DNA of 64,000 nucleotides from a bacterium (GCA_965207065.1 OZ242260.1:3744001-3808000), one strand, 5' to 3'; counted from the first letter of the stretch, positions 37,475 through 47,857 are shown. The notes: a model not told the origin generated them from the letters alone. Numbers and translations are program-made.

Positions 37475-38422
37475 TTAGATGACCCCTGGATTCACGATGT
37501 TTGTGGGTTTTTGGCCGGCCAGGGCCAGACGCATGTTCTCCGCCGTGCGCTCCATGGCGGCGACCTGCGTCTCGGGCGTCCGCGAAGCGTGGTGCGGGCT
37601 GATGATGACGTTCTCAAGCCCCCACAGGCCATGATCCCTGGGCAGAGGCTCAGGATCCGTGACGTCGAGCCCCGCGCCTGCGAGGTGGCCACCGCTCATC
37701 ACCTCCAGAAGATCGTCGCTCACGACGGCGGGACCCCTGGAAACGTTGATAAGAATGGCGTCGGGCTTCATTTTCAATAAATTATCCTTGTTCATGATGC
37801 CCCGCATCTCGGGAGCCAGGGGCATGCACAGAATCAGGAAATCGGCGCGCGGCAATAGGGCATCGAAAGACATGAACTCGAGCTTCGCCTCAGGCACGTA
37901 GGCGGGGTCTTCCGTCCGCGTGTTGATGAGCAACTCCATCCCGAAACCATGGCCGATGCGCGCTGCTCTCCTGCCGATATCCCCGAGACCCACGATACCG
38001 AGCGATTTGCCGCCCAGTTGCACCGCAGGCACATGCTCCCAGGTTTCCTGCTGATCCTGCATCCAGGCATGGCGGGCGACATAGAGCGCCAGGAAAAAGG
38101 CATGCTCCGCCACGGAGCGTCCACGTACACCCTCGACGTTGCACACCATGACGCCGCGTTCGTTGGCCGCATCGACGTCGATGTTGTCCACGCCCGCGCC
38201 CGGCTTCGCCACAACCTTTAGATTCGGCGCCATGTCCATCATTTCGGGCGAGACGGGCCGAAATACCGTCAGAATGCCCTCCGCCTCAGGCAGCAGCGGA
38301 TTTATGGCCTCAGGGTTGTATTCTGCCGGAGCGACGATCTCGTGCTCCACGCCCAGCCAGTCGGGAGCCACGTTCCACGCAGGCGTCGAATAAAGCGGAT
38401 CTACCAACACAACTTTCGCCAT
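37475..38422 (-). CDS. D-isomer-specific 2-hydroxyacid dehydrogenase
   Basis: GAGVDNID, GIVGLGDIG, NVSRG, LDVTDPEPLP, SPH. Confidence 0.92.
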   Translation of the reverse strand: MAKVVLVDPLYSTPAWNVAPDWLGVEHEIVAPAEYNPEAINPLLPEAEGILTVFRPVSPEMMDMAPNLKVVAKPGAGVDNIDVDAANERGVMVCNVEGVRGRSVAEHAFFLALYVARHAWMQDQQETWEHVPAVQLGGKSLGIVGLGDIGRRAARIGHGFGMELLINTRTEDPAYVPEAKLEFMSFDALLPRADFLILCMPLAPEMRGIMNKDNLLKMKPDAILINVSRGPAVVSDDLLEVMSGGHLAGAGLDVTDPEPLPRDHGLWGLENVIISPHHASRTPETQVAAMERTAENMRLALAGQKPTNIVNPGVI

Positions 38423-38580
38423 GATTAAATCCTCAGATGAAAAATCGGCCGCTCGCTTCGCAAATGAAAAGCGATGTAACCGACCAAAGCGGCCGATGGG
38501 CTCTATGACAAATCACAGGTTCTAAGCCGGAATTGCGAACCTAGGCTTCCCGCTTCGGGACGTCCCAATTACGAACTCTT

Positions 38581-39672
38581 CTACCCGATGATCTTGAGTT
38601 CAGGCACTGAAATGGGCCCAGATGCGTTGGCGATAGCCACCTGTTCGGCCACTTTTCTGGCCGCCTCGCGAAACGACCTGGCCGTAGGATGACCCGGCTC
38701 CCCCGCTACGACGGGCATGCCGAAGTCTCCCCCCAGCCTTACCTTGATGTCGAGTGGAATGGCGCCCAGAAACGGGACTTCATAGCGCTGGGAGGCCTTC
38801 TCCCCGCCTCCCGTATCGAAGATGTTTTCTCGATGGCCGCATTCGGGACACAGGTAGTAGCTCATGTTTTCGATGATCCCGAGGATGGGAACGTCAGTTT
38901 TTCGGAACATCTGAAGACCCTTGCGCGCATCGAGCAAAGCGATGTCCTGAGGCGTACTGACGATGACGGCGCCTGCAAGGGACACCTGTTGAACAATGGT
39001 CAGTTGCGCGTCGCCTGTGCCGGGGGGCAGGTCCAGGACAAGATAGTCAAGCTCCCCCCAAATCGTCTCGCTCAGAAACTGTACGAGCGCCCGCATGACC
39101 ATGGGGCCGCGCCAGATGACGGGGCTGTCCTCATCGACGAGAAACCCCATCGACATGACCTTAAGCCCATGCGCCTCCAGGGGCCTTATTTTATTCCCAT
39201 CCTCGGCAATGGGCCGCGCCGCGGGGATCCCGAGCATGAGGGGCTGGCTCGGCCCGTAAATATCGGCGTCCAATATACCTACCTTCGCGCCTTCAGAACG
39301 CAGGGCAAGCGCGATGTTCACCGCCACGGTCGACTTGCCTACGCCGCCCTTCCCGCTCGCGATGGCGATGATGTTCTTCACACCCTCGATATCCATCTTG
39401 CCCGCCATCGAAGGACGCGCGGTGACGTGGCTCGTCACCCGGACGTTCACCGAATTCACGTTTTCCAAAGAGCCGACGGCCAGCTTGCACTCCTGCTCGA
39501 ATTCTTCTTTGCGCGGATGCGCAGGCGTGGTCAACTGCAGCGTGAAGGCGACCGCATCTCCACAAATCTGAACTTCTTTAATCATGTTGAGGCTCACGAG
39601 ATCTTTTCCGACTTCGGGGTCTCGCACCTTCTTCAGAGCCTCTAGAATCTGGGCTTCGGTTGCTTCTGCCAT
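38581..39672 (-). CDS. apbC: Mrp/ApbC/NBP35 Fe-S cluster carrier ATPase with N-terminal DUF59 domain
   Basis: DPE, GKGGVGKST, DADIYGPS, WRGPM, DLPPGTGD, ENMS..CPEC. Confidence 0.93.
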   Translation of the reverse strand: MAEATEAQILEALKKVRDPEVGKDLVSLNMIKEVQICGDAVAFTLQLTTPAHPRKEEFEQECKLAVGSLENVNSVNVRVTSHVTARPSMAGKMDIEGVKNIIAIASGKGGVGKSTVAVNIALALRSEGAKVGILDADIYGPSQPLMLGIPAARPIAEDGNKIRPLEAHGLKVMSMGFLVDEDSPVIWRGPMVMRALVQFLSETIWGELDYLVLDLPPGTGDAQLTIVQQVSLAGAVIVSTPQDIALLDARKGLQMFRKTDVPILGIIENMSYYLCPECGHRENIFDTGGGEKASQRYEVPFLGAIPLDIKVRLGGDFGMPVVAGEPGHPTARSFREAARKVAEQVAIANASGPISVPELKIIG

Positions 39673-39859
39673 AGGGGAATCCTCTAATCCAAAGCTGGTA
39701 ACGCGTTGAAAAATCGTTTATCGGAAAGTTGCGCCCTCATACTGGAGCGTTTTCATCTTATCGCGCGGATTTTTTTGACTGTCAAACGTGAAAGGGGGAA
39801 ACCCCTTTTGGGGCGAGCGCGGAAAGGCCTCATAAAATCAGGAAAAATGCCTTTCTCGG

Positions 39860-39888
39860 TTGACGCATCGCCTACATCTCATTATTTT
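39860..39888 (+). promoter_or_regulatory. Possible sigma70 promoter for etfBA
   Basis: TTGACG-17 bp-TATTTT. Confidence 0.45.
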
Positions 39889-39981
39889 TAGGCCGTCTCG
39901 TTTGTCGATTCAGGAATACAACCGAGCACTTCATACAACCATGACGGATCCAATCTGGCAATAACAAGGAGAATCAATCCT

Positions 39982-40782
39982 TTGGATATCATCGTCTGCA
40001 TCAAGCAAGTACAAGACCCCGACATTCCTCCCCGCGACTTCAAGGTCGATGAGGAGAAGATGGACGTCATCCCGCCTGCGAACGTATCGCCCGTCATCAA
40101 CGGCTTTTGCGAAAACGCCGTCGAGGCGGCCATCAACCTCAAGGATGAACACGGCGGAAAAGTCACCGTCATGACGATGGGCGACGAGAAAGCCAGAGAT
40201 GGACTGAAGAAATGCCTGGCCATGGGTTGCGATGAAGCCGTCTTGCTTCAAGATGAGGCCTTTGGGGGTTCCGACGCCTTCGCTACTGCGCGAATCCTGG
40301 CGAGCGCCATTCAAAAGCTGGATGGCTTCGACATTATTCTCTGCGGCAGGCTGAGCAGTGACTGGAGCTATGGAACGACCGCTCTCGCCCTCGCCGAAGC
40401 GCTCGACCTCCCGAGCGTAAGCCAGCTTCAGAAAGTGGAGAAAACCGACGCGGGGATCCGGTGCGAACGCGCCCTGGAAGACGGCGTGGAGGTCGTGGAA
40501 GTATCGACCCCTTGCCTGCTCACCGCCAGCAATGAGATCAACACGCCTCGCCTACCCTCGGTCAAAGGCATTTTGATGGCGTCTCGCAAGCAAATTCCCG
40601 TATGGAGCTTGGCGGACGTCGGAATAGACCCAGATTCGGTCGGTGAAGAGGCGGCTACTATTGAAGTCACCAAATTTTATAAACCTGTCTTTGACGGTAA
40701 TTGTGAATTCATCGAAGGCGAATCACTCGAAGAAGCAGCCGGCGCTCTGGCGCTTCGTCTTCGTGAAGACAAGATTATTTAA
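39982..40782 (+). CDS. etfB: Electron transfer flavoprotein beta subunit
   Basis: IIVCIKQV, AMGCDEAV, GSDAFATA, INTPRLPS; AGGAG RBS before TTG. Confidence 0.93.
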   Translation: MDIIVCIKQVQDPDIPPRDFKVDEEKMDVIPPANVSPVINGFCENAVEAAINLKDEHGGKVTVMTMGDEKARDGLKKCLAMGCDEAVLLQDEAFGGSDAFATARILASAIQKLDGFDIILCGRLSSDWSYGTTALALAEALDLPSVSQLQKVEKTDAGIRCERALEDGVEVVEVSTPCLLTASNEINTPRLPSVKGILMASRKQIPVWSLADVGIDPDSVGEEAATIEVTKFYKPVFDGNCEFIEGESLEEAAGALALRLREDKII

Positions 40783-40800
40783 GGGAGAACGAATAACGCC

Positions 40801-41793
40801 ATGTCGAACAACGTCCTCATCCTGGCCGAGCGCGCGGGAGACAAACTCGCGCTCGTGAGCAGTGAGCTTTGTGGTATCGGCCGAAAACTCGCCGATGAAA
40901 AGGGGGGTTCCCTGGGAGCCCTTCTCATGGGAGGTGCAGGCACACAGGAATTGGCGAAAGGACTCATCGCCCTGGGAGCCGACAAAGTGCTGGCAGCCGA
41001 GTCGGATATTCTGGATGGGTATACCAACGCGGCGTATCTCAAAGTGATCGACGCCGTCATTACGGAAGAGAACCCGAACATCTTGTTGGTCGCCAACACT
41101 TCCATGGGGCGGGATGTCGCGCCCAGGCTCGCTTTCAGGCATGGAGCCAGCTATGCGCACGACTGCACGGATCTGTCGATCGAGAACGGCAAACTCGCCG
41201 CCGTCCGCCCGGTGCACGGAGGCAGCGCCATCAGCCACGTCCGCTCAAAAACGGATTCCCTCTCCATCGCATCCACGCGTGCGAAAGCCCTGCCGCTGGC
41301 AGATATCGAAGAGGGTCGTGAGGGCGAATTTATGGAAATCGGCGTTTCTGTGGATGCCGACGAGATTCGCATGAATTTCGTAGAGGCGAAAAAGGTGGAA
41401 GCCGAAGGCGTCCGCCTGGAAGATGCGGAAATCGTCGTGAGCGGCGGTCGCGGCCTGGGTGGGCCTGAGAATTTCGAATACTTGCAGGAACTCGCCAAAG
41501 TTCTCAAAGCGGCCGTGGGCGCGAGCCGAGCCGCCGTCGACGCCGGCTGGGTGCCGACGCCGATGCAAGTGGGCCAGACGGGCAAAATCGTGAGCCCGAA
41601 TCTCTACATCGCCGTCGGCATTTCGGGCGCCATGCAGCATATGGTCGGCGCAGGTCCGAGTAAAAATATCGTGGCCATCAACACGGACGCCGAAGCACCC
41701 ATCTTCCAGCGCGCGCGCTACGGCATCGTGGGAGACTATAAGAAAGTGATCCCCGCTCTGACGGAAAAATGCAAGGAATTGATGGATTCCTAA
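40801..41793 (+). CDS. etfA: Electron transfer flavoprotein alpha subunit
   Basis: [34 protein letters not shown]. Confidence 0.95.
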   Translation: MSNNVLILAERAGDKLALVSSELCGIGRKLADEKGGSLGALLMGGAGTQELAKGLIALGADKVLAAESDILDGYTNAAYLKVIDAVITEENPNILLVANTSMGRDVAPRLAFRHGASYAHDCTDLSIENGKLAAVRPVHGGSAISHVRSKTDSLSIASTRAKALPLADIEEGREGEFMEIGVSVDADEIRMNFVEAKKVEAEGVRLEDAEIVVSGGRGLGGPENFEYLQELAKVLKAAVGASRAAVDAGWVPTPMQVGQTGKIVSPNLYIAVGISGAMQHMVGAGPSKNIVAINTDAEAPIFQRARYGIVGDYKKVIPALTEKCKELMDS

Positions 41794-41796
41794 CCC

Positions 41797-42531
41797 TCAG
41801 GCGAGCGGTTGATAGGCCCAGACGACTCGGCCTACGATTCGATCAGCAGGTTCTTCCCCGACCAAATCAATATGGGCGACTACCTCTTCTCGATTCTCCG
41901 GCACCAGCCATAGACGAGGCGGGGTCCACTGCAACCGTTTGAGCGTACACCCGCCGGATTCATCCCGAACGGCGTAAATACCATCCGCAACGATCGTCTT
42001 GTCACGGCGGTCGATGACGACCACGGCGCCCGGCTGTATCAAGGGAACCATGCTGCGGCCCATCTCTCTGTCAACTCGAACCGAGACCAAATCTCCACGC
42101 CCGGCAATTTGAGAGACGTGGATGAGTGCGTATTCTTCGATTTGCTCATCCACGATTCTGGCGCTGCCCGCTGCGATGGAGCCCGACACCAAAGGCACGG
42201 CGCGAAACTCCGCATCGCTCACTTTTCCCGGCGCCTGCAAGTTATCACTCATGCTCAAAGTGACGTCCAAAGGCCCGACACCTGGAATCTCAGGCGCGCC
42301 AGTTCGGCCCAGCAACCAATCGCCGGACACGTCGAGTACTTTTGCGATTTCGAACAGTTTACTCGCGCTCGGCTCGTTTTGTCCCTGTTCATAGCGGGTG
42401 AGATTCGCCCATGTGACCCTTGCGGCGCGCGCCAGTTGATTGCGGTTCCATCCCCTGCGCTCACGCGCGTGCGCGATACGTCTTCCTAGTTCGAACGCAT
42501 ACTCTGAGCGGGGTTGGGGAGACTCGGGCAT
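41797..42531 (-). CDS. XRE HTH plus S24 peptidase (CI/LexA-like repressor)
   Basis: N-terminal HTH; IAAG cleavage-site-like motif; GRSMVP Ser and TLKRL Lys. Confidence 0.85.
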   Translation of the reverse strand: MPESPQPRSEYAFELGRRIAHARERRGWNRNQLARAARVTWANLTRYEQGQNEPSASKLFEIAKVLDVSGDWLLGRTGAPEIPGVGPLDVTLSMSDNLQAPGKVSDAEFRAVPLVSGSIAAGSARIVDEQIEEYALIHVSQIAGRGDLVSVRVDREMGRSMVPLIQPGAVVVIDRRDKTIVADGIYAVRDESGGCTLKRLQWTPPRLWLVPENREEVVAHIDLVGEEPADRIVGRVVWAYQPLA

Positions 42532-42618
42532 AGGCTTTGTGGAGGGCTAAGAAATCCCCTCCCCGGGGCGGATGTCGCAGATAGACACCCAGCCTATCAC
42601 ATTTTTGCCATTTAATCG

Positions 42619-42659
42619 AAAAGACGGGGTCCCCGCCATTTTGGAGGCAGGGACCCCGG
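42619..42659 (-). terminator. Terminator-like hairpin after the cyclase gene
   Basis: cggggtccc..gggaccccg with an adjacent A run on the plus strand. Confidence 0.5.
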
Positions 42660-42667
42660 AAGGTGGT

Positions 42668-43357
42668 CTAATCGTCTAATACCGCAACTGCACGGACGGG
42701 GCTGCCCGTCCCCTCGCGGAACTTCAGGGGAAGGGAGATGAACTGGAACTCACCTTTGCCCAGCAGCGCTTCCAAGTTGCACAGACTTTCCAGATGCGTG
42801 ATTTCCCTCTCCCAGCAGGTTTTGTGGACCAGGGCGTTGACGTCTCCTTCGGGACCGGGACGCATGGAATCGATACCGAAATGGACAATCCCCTGATCCG
42901 CAAGCCATTCGGTGGCTTCCACGTTGATGCCCGGATTATCCGTCCCATACGCCTTCGTGGGGAACGTGCGGGCATGATGACCCGTGCAAAGCAGGATCGT
43001 GCCGCCCTGAGGAGCCGAGAGGCCGGTCTTCTTCACCGCTTCATCGAGGTCGCTCGAGGTGATTTCCGCCCGGGGCGCGATGTGCTGCAAATCGATGCAG
43101 ATACCGCGCACGATGCAGTTCTCGAGCGGGTACTCGTTCATCGGCTGCGCATCCTGGTGGAAATGGCGCGGCGCGTCGAGATGCGTGGTGCCATGCTCGG
43201 GCATCGTGACAAAGTTCAGGGCGTTCCCCCAGACGTTTCCCGAATCCTTGAAGGCTTCTTCATGATTTTTCCACGCGGCGTACAGAATGGGAGGCTGGCC
43301 TGGATACGCGGGCGTGCGATGATAAATCTCTCGTGAAAGGTCAACGATAGTAGGCAT
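42668..43357 (-). CDS. Cyclase-family metal hydrolase (kynurenine formamidase-like)
   Basis: HGTTHLDAPRH, GIDS, GTGSPVRAVA. Confidence 0.88.
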   Translation of the reverse strand: MPTIVDLSREIYHRTPAYPGQPPILYAAWKNHEEAFKDSGNVWGNALNFVTMPEHGTTHLDAPRHFHQDAQPMNEYPLENCIVRGICIDLQHIAPRAEITSSDLDEAVKKTGLSAPQGGTILLCTGHHARTFPTKAYGTDNPGINVEATEWLADQGIVHFGIDSMRPGPEGDVNALVHKTCWEREITHLESLCNLEALLGKGEFQFISLPLKFREGTGSPVRAVAVLDD

Positions 43358-43377
43358 AGAATTTTTCTCCTTTTCGC

Positions 43378-44619
43378 CTAAACGGTGCAACGCAAAATAT
43401 GCAGTCCATGGTTCTTGTCCGTTACGTATATGATCCCGCGTCTATCCACGATGACGTCCTCGCTCTGCGTTACGAGCGTCTTGGGCAGCATGCCGAGGCG
43501 TTTCGTCGGGTCGGCGGGTATGTAGTGCGCAATCTCGCGTGGATGGATGGGCTCGGAAATATCATAAACGCGGAGGCCGGCGTTGAAATACGTCAGATAA
43601 ACGCGGTCTTCCCTTTGTTCGAGACAGTCGAGCCCCTGGGGGTGGTGCTGATTATGCGGACCGAATCGTCCGCCTCGTTCGCAAAAACTCTTGTGGGAAT
43701 AACCAGTCGGCGGCTCGGGCACCGGGAAAAGGGACATGAGCCTCGGGTCCGCCTCGTCAGTTATATCCACTATTGCCGTGTAGTTGAGGGGCTCGTCGCA
43801 ATTCTCCTTGAGCGCCTCGCTGTTAATGATGGCGAATCCACGCTTGAGATAGGGATACGCCGTGTGCACGGCGATCGCGCTGCCAAGCGGCGGGTAGACG
43901 TTGAAACGGCTGATGAGCCTGGGGCTTGAAATATCCTCGATGTCCGCGATGACGAATCCACCGCGCGCATACGGCAGATAGGCACGCCCGTTTTCCGCAT
44001 GAGCGGGCCCGTGCTGGAACACGCGCATCCCCTCACTCCAGTCGTCCGATATATCGGTTTCGACCCCCTCCTGTTCGGGCAGCCAGAAGCGGCCCGCTTC
44101 CCTGGGGTTCCGAGGATCAGCCAAATCCAGAATGCGGTAAATGTTCCCGTCGTAGCCGGGCGCGTATGCGGAGAGGTGGGCGTAGCGGCCGCCGTTGTAG
44201 AAATTCCTGTGCGTTCCATCGGCCCCCGTCTGCCAATGTGAGATAAGCTCCGGATCGGCGGGGTCTTTTTTCACGTCCCAGATGTAGACGCCCTCGGCCT
44301 CGGGCGGGTCCTCGGGGCGCGGCCCCCAGCCCGGGGGAATTTTCTCCAAAGAGGTGATGAGCAACCCGTCCGCCACCTGCACCTGCAACGTCCAGGTATT
44401 GTCGGGACCCTCGATAAATTTGAGGAGTTTCGGGTCTTCGGGCTCGGTCACGTCCATGACGCTCCAGCCGCTCTCCCAGAATTGCGATAGATACAGATAA
44501 AAGCGTCCATCCACCTCCTGTATCGCCGTCTTGAAGGCGGGCCTGTCTGCTAAATCATGATATCCGACCAACTCCATGTTTTCGCTGCTGATTGCCGCAG
44601 GCGCCTGCGCGAGACTCAT
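43378..44619 (-). CDS. LVIVD-repeat beta-propeller protein
   Basis: Repeated (V/I)xD(V/I)xDP units; GTHR, HT, GRFGPHN, YFNAGLRVYDIS. Confidence 0.82.
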   Translation of the reverse strand: MSLAQAPAAISSENMELVGYHDLADRPAFKTAIQEVDGRFYLYLSQFWESGWSVMDVTEPEDPKLLKFIEGPDNTWTLQVQVADGLLITSLEKIPPGWGPRPEDPPEAEGVYIWDVKKDPADPELISHWQTGADGTHRNFYNGGRYAHLSAYAPGYDGNIYRILDLADPRNPREAGRFWLPEQEGVETDISDDWSEGMRVFQHGPAHAENGRAYLPYARGGFVIADIEDISSPRLISRFNVYPPLGSAIAVHTAYPYLKRGFAIINSEALKENCDEPLNYTAIVDITDEADPRLMSLFPVPEPPTGYSHKSFCERGGRFGPHNQHHPQGLDCLEQREDRVYLTYFNAGLRVYDISEPIHPREIAHYIPADPTKRLGMLPKTLVTQSEDVIVDRRGIIYVTDKNHGLHILRCTV

Positions 44620-44814
44620 CGCATCCTCACAAAAGTTGTTCTCTTTGACTCGTCGCCAAAATTGTGAAAGAGAATGTTTGTCGATTTCATGGCGAAACCA
44701 TGCCTTATGTACCCCACTACCGCATGGTGGTAAAGTCCCGCAGCGACTTTGAGTACGCCTACCGGAACATGGTGCGGACGCCTTGCGCCCAATACAGAGG
44801 AAGTCACAGAAAAA

Positions 44815-45579
44815 ATGACCTCACCCGGTGTGGATTTGAACGGCAAGGTAGCCTGCATCACGGGCGGCGGCCAGGGGCTCGGCGCCTCGATGGCCATCGC
44901 ACTGGCGGAGGCTGGAGCGGACCTCGTCCTCATCGGCAGACGGCCCGAGCCGATGGCCGAAACCGCGAAGGAATGCGAGAAATTCGGCGTACGGGCCAGA
45001 CCCGCCGTCTGCGACGTCACGGATTCGTCTCGGGTGAACGCCCTGTTCGGGCAGGTAAACAAGGAACTCGGCGGCCCGCACATTCTCATCAACAACGCGG
45101 GCGTCTCGCTCCCCAGCCCCATTCTCGAGACGACGGACGAACTCTGGCGCGAGACCATCGATTTGAACCTGAGCGGCATGTTCTACTGCTGCCGGGCGGC
45201 GGTGCGCTTCATGCTCGAAGCGGGGGAAGGCAAAATCGTCAATGTCGGCTCGGGCGCCGGCAGTAGGGGCCGACCGAACCAGGTGGCCTACGCGGCGTCG
45301 AAATCAGGCGTCAGGGGATTCACCGAGGCGCTCGCCGTCGAGCTTGCGGAGAAGAACATTCAGGTGAACAACATCGCGCCGGGACGCTTCCCTACTCCGA
45401 TGACGGTCGACCGTATTGCCGACCCGGCGCAGAGTGAAGAGTTCCTGCGCTACGTTCCCATGAAGCGTTACGGCGAACTCGAGGAAATCCGGCCCCTCGT
45501 CGCGTACCTTTGCGGCCCGCAGAGCGACTACATGACGGGACAGACGATTTACTTAGACGGCGGCAGCAACGCCCTCTAG
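44815..45579 (+). CDS. Short-chain dehydrogenase/reductase
   Basis: TGGGQGLG, NNAG, YAASK. Confidence 0.92.
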   Translation: MTSPGVDLNGKVACITGGGQGLGASMAIALAEAGADLVLIGRRPEPMAETAKECEKFGVRARPAVCDVTDSSRVNALFGQVNKELGGPHILINNAGVSLPSPILETTDELWRETIDLNLSGMFYCCRAAVRFMLEAGEGKIVNVGSGAGSRGRPNQVAYAASKSGVRGFTEALAVELAEKNIQVNNIAPGRFPTPMTVDRIADPAQSEEFLRYVPMKRYGELEEIRPLVAYLCGPQSDYMTGQTIYLDGGSNAL

Positions 45580-46370
45580 GGTCTCACCACGTCGCATCGC
45601 CCGCCGTCCACGTTGATTGACTCACCCGTGATGTTCGAGGCCAGATCGGAGACCAGGAACAAAACCGCGCCTGCGCAATCCTCGGCCCGCGTGAGGCGGT
45701 TCATGGGCAGTTCGGCGCGCCTCTCGGCATCCACCTCCTCATACGTGCGATTCGTGATTTCAGCGATTCTCGTTGTCTGCCGGACGTACCTCGGGGTATC
45801 CGTCGTGCCGGGATTGATGAGGTTCACGCGGATGTTCTCGGGCGCGAGCCTGCGGGCGAGCTGATGTTTGTAGGCGGCGAGGCCTGCGTTCGGGATGCAG
45901 CCCGAACCGTGGAATTCCGAGGTATGGACGTGGCTCAGCCCCGAGAAATAGACGATGGCGCCCCCGCCCCGTTTCCTCATCTTCGGTATCACGGCCTTCG
46001 TCACGCGGATGGCGGCGCGGAGTTTCAAGTCGATAGCGAGGTCGATGTCCTCATCTGTCGTCACTATCGGGTCCGTGCGCCTGCTCACGCCCGCAGCGCT
46101 TACGAGAAAATCGATTCCTCCGAACCGGGCGCAGGTCTCCTCCACTACATGCTCGGTCTGGCCGGAAGCGGTGAGGTCGCCCGCCAACACTTCCGCGCGT
46201 CCCCCGGCGGCAATGATATCCGAGGCGGTCTGCTTCAAATTCTCTTCGTTTCGGGCCGCGAGCGCGACCGAAGCTCCCGCGCGCGCCATCACCATGGCGC
46301 ACGCCTGCCCGATGCCCTGGCTCGAACCCGTCACCAGGGCGATTTTTCCGTTCAAATCTATGGTGATCAT
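45576..46370 (-). CDS. Short-chain dehydrogenase/reductase lacking the YxxxK motif
   Basis: TGSSQGIG, NPG, ITGESINVDGG; GCIPNAG at the catalytic position. Confidence 0.85.
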   Translation of the reverse strand: MITIDLNGKIALVTGSSQGIGQACAMVMARAGASVALAARNEENLKQTASDIIAAGGRAEVLAGDLTASGQTEHVVEETCARFGGIDFLVSAAGVSRRTDPIVTTDEDIDLAIDLKLRAAIRVTKAVIPKMRKRGGGAIVYFSGLSHVHTSEFHGSGCIPNAGLAAYKHQLARRLAPENIRVNLINPGTTDTPRYVRQTTRIAEITNRTYEEVDAERRAELPMNRLTRAEDCAGAVLFLVSDLASNITGESINVDGGRCDVVRP

Positions 46371-46541
46371 CTATTCCCCTTTCCTGGCAATTCATTCATC
46401 CTCACATCCGCGCCGGATGAAAAAACGTCAACTTCGTGAATAGCAGCTCGGACGCTGGATTTTCATGGCGATTTTTCTTATACACCACTTGTCACGCGGC
46501 GACATTCCCGGCGAGGTGCACATTCATAGAGGCGATACCCG

Positions 46542-47780
46542 ATGACGAAGAAAAGCATATCGAACCTCGACGTACGTGGTAAACGCGTTCTGATGCGGGT
46601 GGATTTTAACGTCCCCCAGGACGCGAACGTCCGCATCGCCGATGATCGCAGAATCCGCATGGCGCTTCCCACGATAAACCACATCCTGGATGGCGGCGGC
46701 CGCCTTATTCTCATGAGCCATCTGGGGCGCCCGAAAGGAGAAGCCCCACAAGCCGACGGCAGATGGACGCTCAGGCCCATTGCCGAACGCCTGGAGGAAC
46801 TCCTCGGAAAGAGTGTCGTTTTTGCGAATGACTGCGTGGGACCCGCCTCCGAGAGCGCAGCCGCCTCGCTGAAAGACGGGGAATGCTGCCTGCTCGAGAA
46901 CTTGCGTTTACACAAGGCCGAGCAGATCAAGGACAAAGCGGCCTCCGGCGATGCGGACTTAAAGTGCACAAAAGACGCCTTCGCACAGGGGCTGGCGTCG
47001 TTAGCCGACGTTTACGTGAACGATGCTTTCGGCACCTGTCACCGCGACAACGCAAGCATGCTCACCGTGCCGCAGATGATGGTCGGCAAGCCCCGCGTCG
47101 CGGGGTTTTTACTGGAAAAGGAGCTTCAGTACTTAGGCAATACACTGAATGCGCCAGAAAGGCCTTTCCTCGCCATCATCGGGGGCAAGAAAGTCTCCGA
47201 TAAGATGATGGTCATCGAAACTTTATTGGGCAAATGCGACCGGGTGCTCATCGGAGGAGCGATGGTCTATACGTTCATGCGGGCGATCGGCCAGGAGACG
47301 GGCGCGAGCCTCGTGGAGGAAGACAGGATCGAGGTTGCCGCGCGGCTGAAATCCATAGGCGGTGAGAAACTCGTTTTACCGACAGACGTCATCGCCGCAC
47401 ACGCTATCGAAGAGGGAGCAACCTTTGAGGTATTCCAGGGAGAGATTCCCGAGGGACTGATGGGGCTCGACATCGGCCCTGAATCCGCGAGGCGGTTCTC
47501 GCAAATGATTTCAGAAGCGAAGACAATCGTCTGGAACGGCCCCATGGGCGTCTTCGAGGTCAAGCCCTTCGATGGGGGCACGTTCACCGTCGCGCACGCC
47601 CTCGCGGAGGCGACGAGAAACGGCGCCACGACCGTTATCGGCGGCGGCGACAGCGCAGCGGCCATCGAGATGGCCGGACTGAGCGAAAAGGTGAGCCACG
47701 TGAGCACGGGCGGAGGAGCGAGCCTCGAGTTCATGGAAGGAAAATCGTTTCAGGCCGTAGAAATACTGGATGATTTGTAG
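46542..47780 (+). CDS. pgk: Phosphoglycerate kinase
   Basis: RVDFNVP, SHLGRP, LLENLR, VNDAFG, WNGPMGVFE, GGGDS, STGGGASLE. Confidence 0.97.
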   Translation: MTKKSISNLDVRGKRVLMRVDFNVPQDANVRIADDRRIRMALPTINHILDGGGRLILMSHLGRPKGEAPQADGRWTLRPIAERLEELLGKSVVFANDCVGPASESAAASLKDGECCLLENLRLHKAEQIKDKAASGDADLKCTKDAFAQGLASLADVYVNDAFGTCHRDNASMLTVPQMMVGKPRVAGFLLEKELQYLGNTLNAPERPFLAIIGGKKVSDKMMVIETLLGKCDRVLIGGAMVYTFMRAIGQETGASLVEEDRIEVAARLKSIGGEKLVLPTDVIAAHAIEEGATFEVFQGEIPEGLMGLDIGPESARRFSQMISEAKTIVWNGPMGVFEVKPFDGGTFTVAHALAEATRNGATTVIGGGDSAAAIEMAGLSEKVSHVSTGGGASLEFMEGKSFQAVEILDDL

Positions 47781-47857
47781 ACGTTGCGCGGATGCCGCAT
47801 AATCGTCTCGCAAGCTGAGGTTTTCGAATCATTAAGCCGCTCTCAAGGGTATAACGA

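Noticed and set aside
41797-42531. Prophage
   Set aside because: Only a repressor-like gene; no integrase, structural or replication genes nearby
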